Source: Amoebidium appalachense
Taxonomy: Eukaryota; Protista; Ichthyosporea
Assembly (NCBI GenBank): GCA_963693365.1
Contig: CAVNZM010000018.1
Span: 1,960,728 to 2,024,727 of the forward strand
Reading direction: 5' to 3'
Length of the DNA stretch: 64,000 nucleotides
In this document: positions 62,966-64,000 of the stretch, piece by piece
How positions within the stretch are numbered: the stretch's first letter is position 1
Layout of the letters: every line of letters starts with the position of its first letter
Notes under the pieces: model-generated
The model's database searches: none
Seen by the model: the letters and a program-made list of their open reading frames with translations, nothing else
What the model was told of the DNA's origin: nothing
Made by a program: the position numbers and the translations under genes

Positions 62966-64000
62966 TTAATTTAATTTAATTTTTTTTTATCACGTTTTGT
63001 TCCCGGAGGGCTTCAGGCCCTCTAGGGAAACTACCGTCTACCACACAGCACCGACAGTACAGTAGTTAAGCTGCTATCTATGAGTTCAGCTAAGCTAAAC
63101 CATCCTCCTAACTATAAGTACGCACTTTGCCCAGGGCTACTACCCCAGCCACGCCGGCAGGAGGCTCCAGTCCTCCCCTCCATTCAAAACCTAGCAATAA
63201 ACGTTCACCGAGGGCTCTCATTGGTCGATCTACAGTATTGGGAAGTCATAAGTGTTGTGTGCAGTATTTACGGTGGTTATGGGTGGATGATGGGGTGTGG
63301 TGGTGGTGGTGGTGGGGGGTTGCTGCCTAACATTATGTGTTGTTGTGCGTATGTTGTGGCGATGTTTTTGTGAACTATTGTAAGGTGGGTTTTACAGGCA
63401 CACTGGGTCTGTGTGTGTTCCGGCAGTCAGAACAGGCTGGCCGGGTGTGTGTGGGGGGTGTATTTGTGTGTGTCTTGGGTTTTTGGGGAGCCATACTTTT
63501 CTTTCTACGGGTGATGGGTATATGGTGGTGTTTTTGCATTTTGGGTTGGGTGGGGGGGGAGTGTTGTGTTCCGTGGGTGCCAAATTTTTGAAAAGAAAAA
63601 GGACTGCAACTCTACTGTGATTTTTCCTAAGATGGCCCGGGTGGTGGTCTTGGTGGTGCCGGTGGCTGCAAGTAGTGGGCCCACCGATCGTGGGCAGAAT
63701 CCCCGTTCGACCCACTTGATGTCTTTGGGGTCTGGTGGGTCACCGTTGCCGCCTATCCAGTTTATCCATGCACATTGGTCTACCACCGTGGCTGCCGTAT
63801 GTTGGTGCTGTGCCGTGGGGGTGTTTGGATGACGAGTGTGCAGGACGTTGTGGATGCAGGCTGTGATGGCCGTTGTCAGGGTGGGGACCTCCCCGGCATG
63901 GGCCGGGCAGGCCCAGATATGGGTGGTGGTCTCAGGGTGCTGGCTGCACCGGGGGCATGTGGGCTGTGTCACGACGGTGGGGTGATCTCGGTGTAGCCGT
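62966..64000 (-). mobile_element. 3' end of a CCHC zinc-knuckle LINE running off the window edge
   Basis: The minus frame reads RLHRDHPTVVTQPTCPRCSQHPETTTHIWAC (Cx2Cx8Hx3C) and later KIWHPRN. The 3' UTR has the hairpin GAGGGC-CTGAA-GCCCTC and an A-rich/(AAATT)n tail at about 62966-62988. Confidence 0.8.

Overview
Eukaryotic, intron-containing genomic DNA (GT-AG introns, CTAAC branch points) that is saturated with (CA)n, (GA)n and poly-C/G/A tracts. Most entries in the ORF track are translations of these simple repeats. The organism cannot be determined; a microbial eukaryote is my inference. The dominant structure is an inverted duplication with ~10.7 kb arms (12995-23714 and 25579-36322) around a 1.9 kb spacer. 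Matching outer islands (9500-10454 and 39600-40448) extend it to ~31 kb. Each arm carries a 3-exon gene for a secreted ~1970-aa protein with ten bacterial-type SdrD B-like domains joined by Pro/Ala stalks; the two copies are tail-to-tail. Other genes are an intronless 8-TM GPCR-like protein, a 4-exon ABP34-like EF-hand actin-bundling protein, and a 4-exon secreted Cys-rich protein built from two repeats. Mobile DNA includes a young 5'-truncated LINE with an intact RT frame and an unusual Cys-rich C-terminus, a divergent 3' fragment of the same family, the 3' end of a CCHC-type LINE at the right edge, probable RTE remnants, two hAT-type non-autonomous elements with 8-bp TSDs, and several other TIR elements. 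There is also a 34-bp minisatellite. I saw no rRNA, tRNA or CRISPR array. All family assignments come from motif recognition by eye, not database searches.
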